Assembly: GCA_000091205.1 (NCBI GenBank) | Contig: AP006497.2 | Source of the DNA: Cyanidioschyzon merolae | Taxonomy: Eukaryota | DNA: 64,000 nt | Reading direction: 5' to 3' (one strand) | Shown here: positions 12,480 through 23,583 of the stretch, piece after piece | How the letters are laid out: each line of letters begins with the position of its first letter | Numbering within the stretch: the stretch's first letter is position 1 | Made by a program: the position numbers and the translations under genes | Notes under the pieces: model-generated | Told to the model about the DNA's origin: nothing | Databases searched by the model: none | Seen by the model: the letters and a program-made list of their open reading frames with translations, nothing else

Positions 12480-12942
12480 ACAAGAGGGAATTTTGTTGGA
12501 CAACCCCTCAAAGTGGAACTATATGAGAGAACGTTGGAAGCAGTAGTAGGTGGCCGGTCCGAAAAGACGAGGAGGCGTCTGCACATCAGCTGAAGACTTC
12601 TTGTCTAGGGCCCCGGTCGCCGCCACTACTGTACACGCCCGACGTCGTTCGACTTTAGAAGGGCGTTCGGATCGACTAGAACTTGGGGCAAGTATCCGAA
12701 GTGTTCGGGACTCAGTGTCGACAGGGCTCTTCCCGACCCATGCTTCTGAAGCATGCTCTTTTCATCGGATATGCGGTCGGTAGTCTGCGTCATCCTGCAG
12801 CGTCTCTCTGCTGACCGGTACTCTCCCGAATTCGGCACACTGGCAGTAGAACGCATCCTTCACATGCCTTGAACCATACCCTCCACTGCCAACATGCGCG
12901 CCCTGGGGTCGCCCAAAGCATCCGCGACCGAGCTTTGCATAT

Positions 12943-14250
12943 CTAGAGAATGATCTGACCGGATGCAGAGGTCGACAAGGTCTTGTGAGGCAGCACAATG
13001 CAGTTGCGAATCACAACGCCGCCGTCGCACTCGACATGCGATCCGAGGACGCTGACACGTCCGGCCTCGGACTCGATGCCGTCACCCTCGACACGAGCCC
13101 AGGGCCCAATGACCGACGACCAGCCGATGATGCTGTTTGCGATATACGCATGCTCTCTAACTACACAATCTTCTAGGATGATGCAGTGCTGAAGGCGAAC
13201 GCCTGCACCAATCACGCAGCCAGCTCCAATGGAAACGTTGGGTCCCACTTTCGCTGACGACGCCACCCGGGCCGTCGAGTGTACGAAAACAGCGCCTACA
13301 AATGTAGGACTCGTACTACTCATTGTCACTGAACCACGGCCTAGGTCGTCAGTGCTCTTGGTAAAGAGCCTGGAGGCTAATGCCTCCGGGCGGTAAGCAT
13401 GATCCGCAAGCTGCTCGGGATGCACCTCAGCATAGTGCTCCAGATAAAGTTTCGAGGCAAGCAGCGCAGCGGCCGGTTCCTTGATCTGACACCAAAAATC
13501 TTTGTGCTCGTAAATATATATAACTTTCCGACCCTCATAATGCATGATAACATCCTGCTCGAGTCTGATATGGTTGCAGTCGCTCTCGCTAACGCTAAAA
13601 AGGCTTCCACCGCTCGCGTTCTCAGTGAGCGCCCAGCGACTGCACTCTACACACGTCTTCTCCAGAAGTTCATAAAATGAACCTGTCGTTGCGATATAGA
13701 TACCACAGTTGATCAGGTTGCTTACCCAAGTCTCGGGTTTCTCTACATAGTGCAAGAGTTCGCAGGTATCGGGGTGCTTCACCATGCATCCGTACGCTCT
13801 TGCGTCCCCGGAAGGAGGCACCGTCTTTCCCAGCACAGTTAGTGGTTTGCCGTGTTTGCGATGAAACGCCAGCATATCGTTGAGAGGAAAGCTGGAGGCT
13901 ATGTCGCAGTGTAATATGAAGAGCACCTCGGGAGAGCCAGAGCGAATAGCGTCGCGGTAGCGCCAGATCCCGCCGGCTGTGCCTAGGGAGCTCTCTTCGC
14001 GCAGGTATCGCACACCAATACCCAAGTGGTTCGAGGCGTTCTGCACGAAGTCTGAGAACAAACTCTCGTCGTAAAACCCGAGAAGAATCACTTCGAAGAG
14101 CCCAGGGACCTGTGCCAATCGTTCGAGGTGATGCAGGATCATCGGCTTTCCCGCGATAGGGATCAACGGCTTCGGCAGGTCAAAGGATAACGGGCGAAAG
14201 CGCGTGCCCTTGGACCCGCCTCCTACTAGTATCACAGCCTTGGCGCTCAT
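12943..14250 (-). CDS. GMPPA: Mannose-1-phosphate guanylyltransferase alpha-like (GMPPA/GDP-mannose pyrophosphorylase A family)
   Basis: The 436-aa reading starts at ATG 14250 (MSAKAVILVGGGSKGTRFRPLSFDLPKPLIPIAGKPMILHHLE). It has the nucleotidyltransferase N-domain, HYVEKPETWVSNLINCGIY, a C-terminal left-handed beta-helix hexapeptide region, and ends ...VLPHKTLSTSASGQIIL, as GMPPA does. The ORF track's extra 120 upstream codons begin at TTG and are probably not translated. Confidence 0.85.
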   Translation of the reverse strand: MSAKAVILVGGGSKGTRFRPLSFDLPKPLIPIAGKPMILHHLERLAQVPGLFEVILLGFYDESLFSDFVQNASNHLGIGVRYLREESSLGTAGGIWRYRDAIRSGSPEVLFILHCDIASSFPLNDMLAFHRKHGKPLTVLGKTVPPSGDARAYGCMVKHPDTCELLHYVEKPETWVSNLINCGIYIATTGSFYELLEKTCVECSRWALTENASGGSLFSVSESDCNHIRLEQDVIMHYEGRKVIYIYEHKDFWCQIKEPAAALLASKLYLEHYAEVHPEQLADHAYRPEALASRLFTKSTDDLGRGSVTMSSTSPTFVGAVFVHSTARVASSAKVGPNVSIGAGCVIGAGVRLQHCIILEDCVVREHAYIANSIIGWSSVIGPWARVEGDGIESEAGRVSVLGSHVECDGGVVIRNCIVLPHKTLSTSASGQIIL

Positions 14251-16392
14251 CAGCGACTGCCCTTTCAGAGGTGCCGCTGGAAGAAGAACGCGGCTCCACG
14301 ACTCGAGCGCAAGCGTCAAACGAAAGCGCTGAGGCTGTACGGCAGCGCCGATGGCGATGTGGCAGGCGCCGGCTATGCCGCCTCTTTTAGCGCTCGGTAG
14401 CCGAGCTACGATTTTCAAGGGGTTAGATCGATGAGCCATTTCAGGGTTTACTCGCTTTGCATATGCGGACGGGGAACAATGAAGAAACTTAACTGGCATC
14501 ATACTAGCCTCTGTGCGGTATAATCTAGGAGACATGCTTCTTTGAGGAACACTTGCTAGATCCAGTAGTCTCTGGGCAGTGGAGGCACGCCCGTCCACGG
14601 CAGATATCAATGGTCTACAGCTGTGTCAACTATGACTGAAATACTGAACTGATCGCGCTGCTCTTGTGTTACGATTTATTCCGAACTTTTATGAAACAAT
14701 GTGGACTCAACAATCGAAGTTCAGAAATAAGGGCGTACGGATTCGTAAATGGTTTTGGGATTCTTGTTCTTTTTTGGAGTGGCTGCCTCGACTCTTTGCC
14801 GCTGGAACACGAAACGTCCCTGAAACTATGGCGATTTGCCACGCCCTCGGATAAAGGTTCGAAAAATAGCCGATAACTACCACTCGTGTCATATGTGTGA
14901 CCTTCCGATGCTCTGCTCTCCGCTCAGGGAGCATGTCCAAACCATGAACTCATAAAGGTTTCGATGCTCCTGCTTGGAAGCAACGCAAGGCAACATCGAT
15001 TTGCACCGCTGGATGGACTACGACGAAAACACTTCATGTCGGCCCTGGACGACTTTCTTACGCGATCACGCTACGAGTTCACTGGGAATGTCACGTTAAA
15101 TCATCGCTTCGTATCAAAAGATGAGTCCTCCTCTTATTGCAGCCATCAATGCGAACGATGCTCGATATTAGCATGGCGCCTGTCACGGGATAAGCTCCCA
15201 GACGCTCCTGTCTCTGTTTTGTCCATGCCGAAACGCCACTTGGTCTCGGACTTGTGTCACCGCTACAATCCCTGCAACTGCCGGCAGCGCCATCAGTATC
15301 CACATAGGTTGCAGAGAACGATCGATGTTTCTCGACTTGTTCTCCAGCGTGGACTTTTATTCCGGTACTTGTTTCGTCATGGAAAACGATTCGTTCCTCA
15401 AATTCGTTATCGCATAGAATAGTGTCCGATCGCGCGCCCAGCGAGCAGCGTCATAGCCAAGGGGATCTCCTGGAATACGCCCATGATCGTCGGGTACGAT
15501 ACCGGGCGCGGAGAAACGAAGAGGATGTCGAAGCAGAGCCTTCTCTACCCGTCAAGGGCGACTACCTAGCGATAAAGCAGACGTTTACGCGCCACAGGGG
15601 GCACGTGAACGAGGCTTTATCGTCGACAAATCGAAAAACCTGACCAAAGCAAAGTCTAGCCGCTGCGAAATGCGTACAGATGCCGTATTCAAAGAAATTG
15701 AAGGTCACAAGCGCAGCATTTCCTCCGACTGCTGGAAACGGAACTTGAGCTGAAAAACAGACCGGCGTATTCAAAGCCAGAGGCAAGGAGAAAGAAAAGG
15801 GAACCGTCACAAAAAACGCCTCAGCTGCTTGTTTCGATGACAGTGGGATTATAACCATACTTAAGCATGTGCGTCCGAGATCAGTAAGAGGATCGGTTCG
15901 ATTTTTAGTCTGACATAGGTGCAGGTCTGGGCGTGGAGAGCGTTCACGCAGCGCGCGCGAAAAGGCTCACCAGTGGGACTACGCTGTCTCGGCAGCGAAG
16001 CAGCAGGGCGGAGACACTCCACACGACACGAAATCACCGGCGAGTCTCGCAGGCAGCGGCTTGTGCCTCGCCTTGGGCCATGAATGCACCTAACAAACGT
16101 GGTCAACGCGCTGGAGCATACGCGTCGAAAAAACACAGCTCAGTGCGGCAAACTCACGAACGCTCATTGCGGGAGCGTGCGGAACACGCACATAGCGCTG
16201 TTGCGTGAGCAAGAAACAGTATTTACGAAGCATTCTAGTCCTGGTCAAGTTGCGAGTGACGGACTTACATGTCCTGCGTATCGCGTACCGGGTTTATAGG
16301 CGGGCTGTGGGCGCGCTCCCCTCGAGTCGCAAGGTGTTGCAGGCTTTCCGCTTCGGTGCCCTTCAAACGTTCCACTGCAAAAACCTGATCAA

Positions 16393-18339
16393 CTACAGCG
16401 ATTCAGTGGACTGGAGCTCGAGGAGTACACCACGTTTTGCAGGCGTATCAAGCGTGCTGATCGTCAAACTGCTCGTGTCTGCTTCAATTGTCGAGCTCTT
16501 CAGGGGCTTGCTGACGTGCTTCTCTAGATAGTCGGATATGAGAACGTATTTTTGGTGTTGTTGTCCGCCGTCAGGTGCCAGGGCACCAACTCTAAATGGT
16601 GCGCCTCGAACGACTGCGAAGTTTTCCTTATCAAGTGGATTCGAAGGCGAGAGCCCGAACAGTCCTTCTTTTCCGGAAGAATGCTCATCTTCCGTGCTTG
16701 ACGACAGGATAGACGCCTCTCCGTCATTATGGCTTTTCTGTATGCCGGTCGCAATCACCAGCGCCGGCTCACGACTGAGATTCTTCTCCAAATCATATTG
16801 TGACCGGTGCATTTTCACGATTTTCTCAATAGCTTTTGCCAGTGGTGGACAGGCGTTGCCGATACGCCGCTGGAGGGCGTCAGCCCAAGCGAAATACTCT
16901 GCGGTTCGTTGCTGGCTCCACCCGTGCGGGCGGCCCTGCTCACATGCAAGAATCTCACGCAAGTTCACGAGTTTGTCAGCGAGTCGAACCATTTTGGCCT
17001 CCTTACTCTTCAACATGCTACAGGCAGCCTCAATTTTTTTGCGGTCCATCCGGGTCAGCATGCTGGAAGCTTTCATGACGCGCCAGTCCTTCGCTCTTCC
17101 CCACATGTTTGAGAGTCCTTTTTCAGAGCCAGGTGTTTCCCCTTGCACGGCCGTATCCGATCCCTTCACGTCATTTGGCTGGGCTCTCGAGAAGAGACGT
17201 GTCCACAGGGACCGTTCAGTGGAAGCTCCAGTCGCTCTTGCGGTGCTCTCTTCATGGAGCATATTAGTGCTTTTCTTCTCAGTGAGAAAGTCATTCTGTA
17301 GTCTTGCTCTTTGATCCAAAGGATGTTGCACGGTTTTCTCAGCGAGATGGCGGCTTAGAACACGTTTTTCCGCCCAACATTCACGCACAATGCTGGAAAT
17401 TTCAATGCCGAACTCCTTTTCGATCTCGACGATGGAAGCACTCGAAGCGGATGATGCGTTTGCAGCAGTCAAGAGAAGCTTGCCATCGTGGTTTTCGTCC
17501 AAGTCGTCAGGCAAAGCTTCTTGCGTCAAAGCGTTTTCAGTGTGTGCAGCAAAGTGCTCATCGCTGATGGCATGACAAAGAATGCCGGCCAGAATAACCC
17601 GACCATCTCGGACGCGACCATCGTGCCACAGTGCATACGCAACATTCAGTGCATGATTAATGTAGGGTGTACGTTCTGTATCCTTGCGGCGATGGTTCCG
17701 ATGCTTCCGTGCAGCGAAAACGCAAGCGTGAAGCAGCATAGCGATGAAATCGTCCGGCGTGCGGCACCAACGAGCTGGTTTCTGTTTGAGTGGACGACGC
17801 TGCTTCAGTATTGCAGCAAGCTCCTCGGACCATATGCGCTCTTGCTCACTCAACTCGACCACAGTGCTGGCATCAGTGCGTTCGAGAGCAGGCTCGCCGG
17901 TTTCTGCACTCGCGGAGAGAACGCCATCCTGCTTCACTGCCTGCTCAGCGTCTTGCGCGGTACCGTGCACAGCTGCGTCAACAGCACTAGGCGCTTTCGA
18001 GTCTGCAGACTGGCTCTTCAATGACTGGAGACGCTGCACAGAGGCGCGATGCGCAGCAACTGCCCGAATTACCTGGTCGATTAGAAGCTCTTCCTGCTCC
18101 GACGCAGCAACGCCGTCCCCCTCAAATACTTCTGCGCCAGTGACTCTCAGAATCACTGAAGACGTCGTTACGACTGAGGGTGCCGGGTCTGAGCGGCGCA
18201 CCTTGGTCAGCTTCGTGGAAGACGGCCGCTGGTTTCCGCGGAGCAGCCAACCGAGTCCAAAAGCGATCAAGGACGACAACACCTCGGCAGAAACAGCGTG
18301 TGTTGAAGAAGAATGATCCCGTTTCTCCTCTGAGCTCAT
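16393..18339 (-). CDS. HD-domain protein of the MESH1/HDDC3 family (putative (p)ppGpp 3'-pyrophosphohydrolase) with a long N-terminal extension and insertion
   Basis: ATG at 18339. Motifs KHRNHRRKDTERTPYINHALNVAYAL...ILAGILCHAISDE (the HD motif) ... KMVRLADKLVNLREI match MESH1 HKHRHQRRKDPEGTPYINH...KLVKLADKLYNLRDL. The N-terminus carries a hydrophobic VLSSLIAFGLGWLL segment. Confidence 0.75.
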   Translation of the reverse strand: MSSEEKRDHSSSTHAVSAEVLSSLIAFGLGWLLRGNQRPSSTKLTKVRRSDPAPSVVTTSSVILRVTGAEVFEGDGVAASEQEELLIDQVIRAVAAHRASVQRLQSLKSQSADSKAPSAVDAAVHGTAQDAEQAVKQDGVLSASAETGEPALERTDASTVVELSEQERIWSEELAAILKQRRPLKQKPARWCRTPDDFIAMLLHACVFAARKHRNHRRKDTERTPYINHALNVAYALWHDGRVRDGRVILAGILCHAISDEHFAAHTENALTQEALPDDLDENHDGKLLLTAANASSASSASIVEIEKEFGIEISSIVRECWAEKRVLSRHLAEKTVQHPLDQRARLQNDFLTEKKSTNMLHEESTARATGASTERSLWTRLFSRAQPNDVKGSDTAVQGETPGSEKGLSNMWGRAKDWRVMKASSMLTRMDRKKIEAACSMLKSKEAKMVRLADKLVNLREILACEQGRPHGWSQQRTAEYFAWADALQRRIGNACPPLAKAIEKIVKMHRSQYDLEKNLSREPALVIATGIQKSHNDGEASILSSSTEDEHSSGKEGLFGLSPSNPLDKENFAVVRGAPFRVGALAPDGGQQHQKYVLISDYLEKHVSKPLKSSTIEADTSSLTISTLDTPAKRGVLLELQSTESL

Positions 18340-18599
18340 CGTATCGCCTCGTACGTAACAAAAGGCAAATAAAATGCAGCGTCTTGCGCGCTGCTACCAG
18401 CACCCTTTGAGTCCGTAACAGCACGCGATCCCGTCGCATCTGCAGCGTCCTCGAGGGGGGGCGTTCAAAATCCAGTGGCGCGCATTCGGGGACACGCCAC
18501 CAGCGTCACGCGGGCAGGCGCGTCGCTTTGGGACGCACGCGCGATGTCACAGATGCATCGCAGCTCGATCAGGACAGAGGTAAGGTTCTTTTCTATACA

Positions 18600-19350
18600 T
18601 CAAGGAATGAAATTGAAATTCATGGACATGTGTATAAAATTTGTAATTTCGGACACGTCATGTTTGGGACGGAGCGCTTGGCGATTTCTTTCCGATGACG
18701 AGTCGGTTCCATTGACCATAGACCCCAGATTGCGGGATGGGTATTGGCTTTCGGAAAAGCGCCCATCATGAAGCACCAACACTCAAGTTCAGTCTCCCAT
18801 ACTTCATTTCGGATATACCGGTCATTTCGTATGTTCCACCGTGCGCAGATTACCTGCCGTGAGCACCCGCCTTTGCGCCTAAACCGCTGTACCAGATGCA
18901 TGACGGAGACAGCACGGCATTGACAAACCACAGAGGGCGTCGGCCCGAGGCGTGGTTCATCCGACACCGGATCGGAGTACATAATAATTCTGGGAGCCTG
19001 CAAGCTGCGCAGACAGACCTACTGCCTGTGACAGCGCGAAGGTATAGACTAGGAGTCCACTGCGACCAGGGCGACGCTCAGACGCAGCACACGTGCTCCG
19101 AGTTCCAGAATGAAGTGCGTTTCGGACGATCCGCTCACATCTTAGTACAGCACCCGCAACTGCAGAGTCGCACGGAGCACCTGCCCGGCAGACTCGATCA
19201 GTCCGCGGAACCTTCCGCCCAGAAGACAAACTTTCGACAAAACGAAAAGGTTCTCCCTCTTGTAACGTTCACCGTAGAAGCAGAATGAAATCTTTATCTC
19301 GTTCCTACTTAGTAGTTCGTTTCTGTTCTTTTTTCTATACAGCCCGCGCC
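18600..19350 (+). repeat. Dispersed repeat family B, copy 2
   Basis: Colinear with 9340..10090 at ~70% identity, lying between the MESH1-like gene start and ORF 19376. Confidence 0.5.
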
Positions 19351-19375
19351 AGGCGCGCACTTCATTTCCTCGACA

Positions 19376-20251
19376 ATGAATTCCGCTGGCCGTCTCAGCG
19401 AACCGCAACAGCGTCGGTCTCTGCGACGGGGAAGCTACTTCTTGGTTGGTATGGACGTTGGTTCCTTTGGTATAGATCCTGACATCCAGTTGCGGAATGT
19501 AAAGCTTTTCGAAGTGCATATACGCCGGACGTGGCTTGCGCTGACATTGGCACGGCGAGCTTGCTACGTGGTTCTTATAGTACTGTGCCTGCACGCTGCG
19601 TACTGCGCTAAAAAGGCTTGCAGCGCAGTCTTTTCAGTGCAGCTCTTTGGAACCAGTGTCCCCGCAGTTCAAGCCATGAGATCGAGTTTTGATCAGAGTG
19701 CTCCGGGCCAATTGTACCACGGGTGCTCTGCGAAATTTGTCAATCAGGATACTATGCACGGTGCGTCTACCTCAGACTGTGAAACGTGTGACCTTGCGTC
19801 GGCCCAGCTCGCGGAGAAACCTTGTACAAACGCCTGCGCAAATAGCCCACCGGGAACAGGCTTGGATTCTAGCGGTGTTTATGGGTGTGCGGTGGAAGCG
19901 ACGCGCGGGACAAGAACCCGCGCGGTGCTCCGTCTTCTGGAAGCATTGAAGTACGCTACTTTGTGGGCACTGAGAGGCTTCTTGCCTCTATGGATCTTTT
20001 TTGGTATGGGTATTTACAGGGCGTTTCTTTTGGACTCGCAACTATACGTTATTCGTCTGAACAGAGTATTGTCTCGCTTCCATATCGTCTTTTCGCGCAG
20101 CGCTCGCCGGCTGCACAAGGCCGAGCGATATGCCTCTAGAGCGCAACACCCGAGTTCATGGACGTACGCCGAGCAACGCATTGCGAGGCCACCAGAATCG
20201 GAGCGACTCGAGCATCGCGCTGATCGGGGAAAACTGCAGAGGACCTCCTGA
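19376..20251 (+). CDS. Hypothetical protein (291 aa) with one predicted TM segment (LWALRGFLPLWIFFGMGIYRAFLL)
   Basis: ATG-initiated ORF of moderate length. No recognisable domain. It begins inside the tail of repeat B copy 2, so it could be spurious. Confidence 0.2.
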   Translation: MNSAGRLSEPQQRRSLRRGSYFLVGMDVGSFGIDPDIQLRNVKLFEVHIRRTWLALTLARRACYVVLIVLCLHAAYCAKKACSAVFSVQLFGTSVPAVQAMRSSFDQSAPGQLYHGCSAKFVNQDTMHGASTSDCETCDLASAQLAEKPCTNACANSPPGTGLDSSGVYGCAVEATRGTRTRAVLRLLEALKYATLWALRGFLPLWIFFGMGIYRAFLLDSQLYVIRLNRVLSRFHIVFSRSARRLHKAERYASRAQHPSSWTYAEQRIARPPESERLEHRADRGKLQRTS

Positions 20252-23200
20252 CCTCCCACGAGCACCGAAAGTGGCCGATGACTCGGTAGCGAGTGTTCAT
20301 GGCAAGCAAAATTGGCTTCAGGCGTGGACGCCTTTCGTTATCTGGATCACGAGGCATACAGGAGCGTTTTGTTTGCGCGGATGCTGGAGTTGGCAGTGGT
20401 GCACGGCGTATTGAAATGGTGCCAAAAGAGAAAAGGGCTATCACAGTTGATTTCCCTAGTGCTGCAGAGAACCGCGCTTTTGGATACTGCACATCTTGCG
20501 GAGCCTTCGTTGCAGAAAATTTCAAAGTTTGCGGTCTCAAATTTAACCAGAGCTGGCGATCTGAAAGCCTGCCGCGTATCCTGCGCTTCTTCGAAAGAAA
20601 CGCATCACCACTCTCAAGCACAACTACAGGCTACGGAATGCCGGCTCGACCGATTACGTGATCTGACGGGAGGCGGAGCTTTGAGGGAAACTCCGAACCA
20701 TTTTATCGCATTTCGGGCGAAAAGCGTTCCTAGCAGATTACACACTGCTGGGTCCTTGCACTACCATCAGCGGATGCTTATCGAAGAGCCAGGACCCCAG
20801 CGCTCGTATCAACCTTAACGCAACCGAGAGCCGAGACGCTCGTGTCGAATCTGTGAAGCTCCGGCCGAATTTCGTGACGGACAAAAATTGCATCGCAGCG
20901 CGCCTCGATCACAGGCGACCCCCGTGTATTCGATGGAGACTCGAAAACGGCGTTGACTCGGGAAAAAATGTCCATGCATATGCGCGGATGCCGTTGGCTT
21001 TCTCTGCAGGTCGGCAGAGCAATGTCATAGGTGCATGGAGCACGCTCCAGGCTCGACACGAATGCTAATAGCGATGGCTTCTCGGGGATTCGGCTCCACG
21101 CTCGATAATCCTGCGTTTCCACGCACACGACATGTTCAGTGACGTCGCTCGGTGGGCGCGACTCGTGAAGCTTGGAGTTTCGTAAAGTCTTTTTCAAGTT
21201 CATCGGTGACGCAGCATCGAACGGTTTCGTCGCATGCTTGCGACGCTGCGTTCGGCGCGCACAGGTTGACAACACAAAGGGGGAGGACGAACCGGCCGCA
21301 TGTTGCGCTCTCGAACGATCCTCTTGAATATGCTTCCGAAAGCGTGAGACTTTCGCTTGTATCTGGACGCTTCCGGGCACGCTACAGTGCTTGACGTCAA
21401 AGGCCGCACACCATTTTGGTCGGTTATCGTACGTGCGCGCGCTGACGACATCGGGTGCATCAAAGCGATCGCATCCGCTATACTCACACCGGAGCATTCT
21501 GGAACTTTTGTACCAGCCCGACTCATTGTTTATTTGATCGTTGTTCTCGCAGATATTCGAGAAAGGAATTGTATCAAGCTGATTGGAAGAAGGTCGTGGA
21601 AGACCTTTATTCTGTGGTTGGTAGCTTGTGCAGTATGGTCTTTCCCGTACCCGTTAGTCATTCTAAGGTCAGCAAGTGGATGAACCACCATCCTCGCAGC
21701 TCTTAATCTGATCATCGTGCATTCCGAGAAACAAAACTTTGTAAACTCTATCTAGACGACTGCCAACGTGTCAATTCATGCTACAAACTGTGCTCTCCGA
21801 GGAAAACTACCAAAGGAGCCACAAAATGTGAAGTGTTAGTCAGATTTATACGCATGATGACTAAGCGACACGGATGGAAGAGGAATGACATGCCCTCATT
21901 GGACGACCATTGTGCATTGAAGAACATACAGTCGATTTCGTACAGAAAAACGAGCGCCTAGTACTCGAGCCGCAGGTGTTCGTCTCAACCGATCAGAATT
22001 CATGCGCTGGATATGGTAGACTTGTGTATTGGTACTCAACAAGAGCAAACTGCTGTTCCTAAAGAACACACTATGGAGCACTCCGACGACTTCCGCCGTA
22101 GCGCCGGACTCTGCCGTGAGGGCGCCTCCTGATCGCCGAACCAACTGGATCGTTCAACTTCGCAGCATTCGCTGATGTACGATCCGTGGCTGCTGCTGCT
22201 GCTCGTATTCCTCTGTGCGGCTTGTAGCCAACGTCATTCTGCATCACTCAAAAGGCGTCAAGGAGTACGCAACTAAGATTGGCATTGCGCTGCTTGGCAT
22301 GCCCACCTAATCTCCCTTGTTTAATTCACTCGAAAGCGCCTTTTCAATACTAAACTGCCACTTTTATATTTATGGATCAGTTGAAGAGCCCTTCAGGTCC
22401 GCTCCACTGTTGTTCAGTGAGTCGTTCTCTACCTTCACGGGTCTCGAGCTACTGCACAGCTTCTTTGCTCATACACGGGAGAGCCCTAAAGGGCACGTCT
22501 CGGTCCGTGGGTCTGCTGCGACGGGGAAGGTGCTAGAACGGAACCTGAGGGCTATCAGGTGCATATCCCGGAATGAAGAGGCGACTTCCAATTGGAATGC
22601 GCAGCCACTGCATCTGACTCTCAAGGAAAGCTGGTTGTCTTCAAAAGCTCTCCGAGATATCTTAGAGTTGAGTTTGTTTCGCTTGGACAGGTACCAGCGT
22701 TGCCGAAAACCTTTAACACTGAACCTCAGGTCGTGCGGCAGCGAACGGTAAAGACCGCCACGATACTCTCCGCCCGAAATGCACCGGATGCACCCGTCAC
22801 TTTCGTCGGAAAACTGGGCATTGTTTCTGAAAGCAGTCACGTTGCGACCACTTGGAACTCTCACAGGCACGGAGACCAGCGCAGATCCTTTCCGTCGCAG
22901 AATACTCGCAGAACACATTGACCGACGGGCTGCTGAATAGAAGTACCGTACTCGACGACAGCTCGCGCAGGAGCCTCCGAGTTTCGCAATGAAGTGCGAC
23001 TAGCACCAGTCCTCCGAACAAGTTCAAGTAGCACGCAGTCAATACCACCTACTATGTTGCCCTTCTGGCCGATCAACGTGCACACGGCGCCTCCACGCTC
23101 ACGCGATAGCGCCTAGCGCCCGCGCCTGGTGCGCTTCCGCGAAACCTCACTACCACGCTTCAAGTTGTACCTATCGAGCCTCTCACTTTCAAGGTTTAAG

Positions 23201-23583
23201 GATGAGCTGATGCCTTCTAAAATCGGTGCGACGCAACAAGAGAACACAAACACCTTGAGTACCAGGAGCAATCGCACGAAACTTCCGTGAACCTGGCCCC
23301 CGCATGCAGCAGCCGTGCACGATCAGATAACCCACAACGGCAGCAGGCAATTCAGTGATCCCAATCCGTGCAGCACTTGCCGACTCCTCGCCGCTGGCTG
23401 CACCCTGCGCTGACTAACGCGCTGCCCAGCGACGGTGTCCTGAGTGTAACAAACGCGATCGAGTACTGTCGGAAATGAGTATGCAAAACAACCGCCATTC
23501 TCTCCCGAAACCAACTGCTTGTTGCCGTGCACCTGAACAGTAGATGCTGTGAATCGTTAGGATACCTTCCGGCAAATTAAAAA

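Larger units (their letters stand above)
10100..12760 (+). mobile_element. Fanzor/TnpB-family transposon, copy A (degenerate). The 3' boundary is approximate because homology to copy B decays gradually.
   Basis: It is colinear, at roughly 80-85% identity, with the reverse complement of ~29780..32560. It carries ORF1 plus a TnpB/Fanzor-like ORF2 with RuvC-I/II/III motifs. Confidence 0.7.

Noticed and set aside
12943-14610. Full 555-aa ORF as the GMPPA CDS
   Set aside because: The ORF track starts it at a TTG. The first 120 codons have no counterpart in GMPPA, and an ATG at 14250 begins exactly at the conserved MSAKAVILVGGG N-terminus.
16538-17314. 258-aa plus-strand ORF antisense to the MESH1-like gene; also 17488..18024 and 17744..18316
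   Set aside because: These lie entirely inside a well-supported minus-strand CDS in GC-rich sequence, where long antisense ORFs arise by chance. No domain was recognised.
19376-20251. CRISPR-like or other tandem arrays in the 19–23 kb gene-sparse interval
   Set aside because: No short direct repeats with regular spacing were seen. The interval contains only unremarkable short ORFs on both strands.
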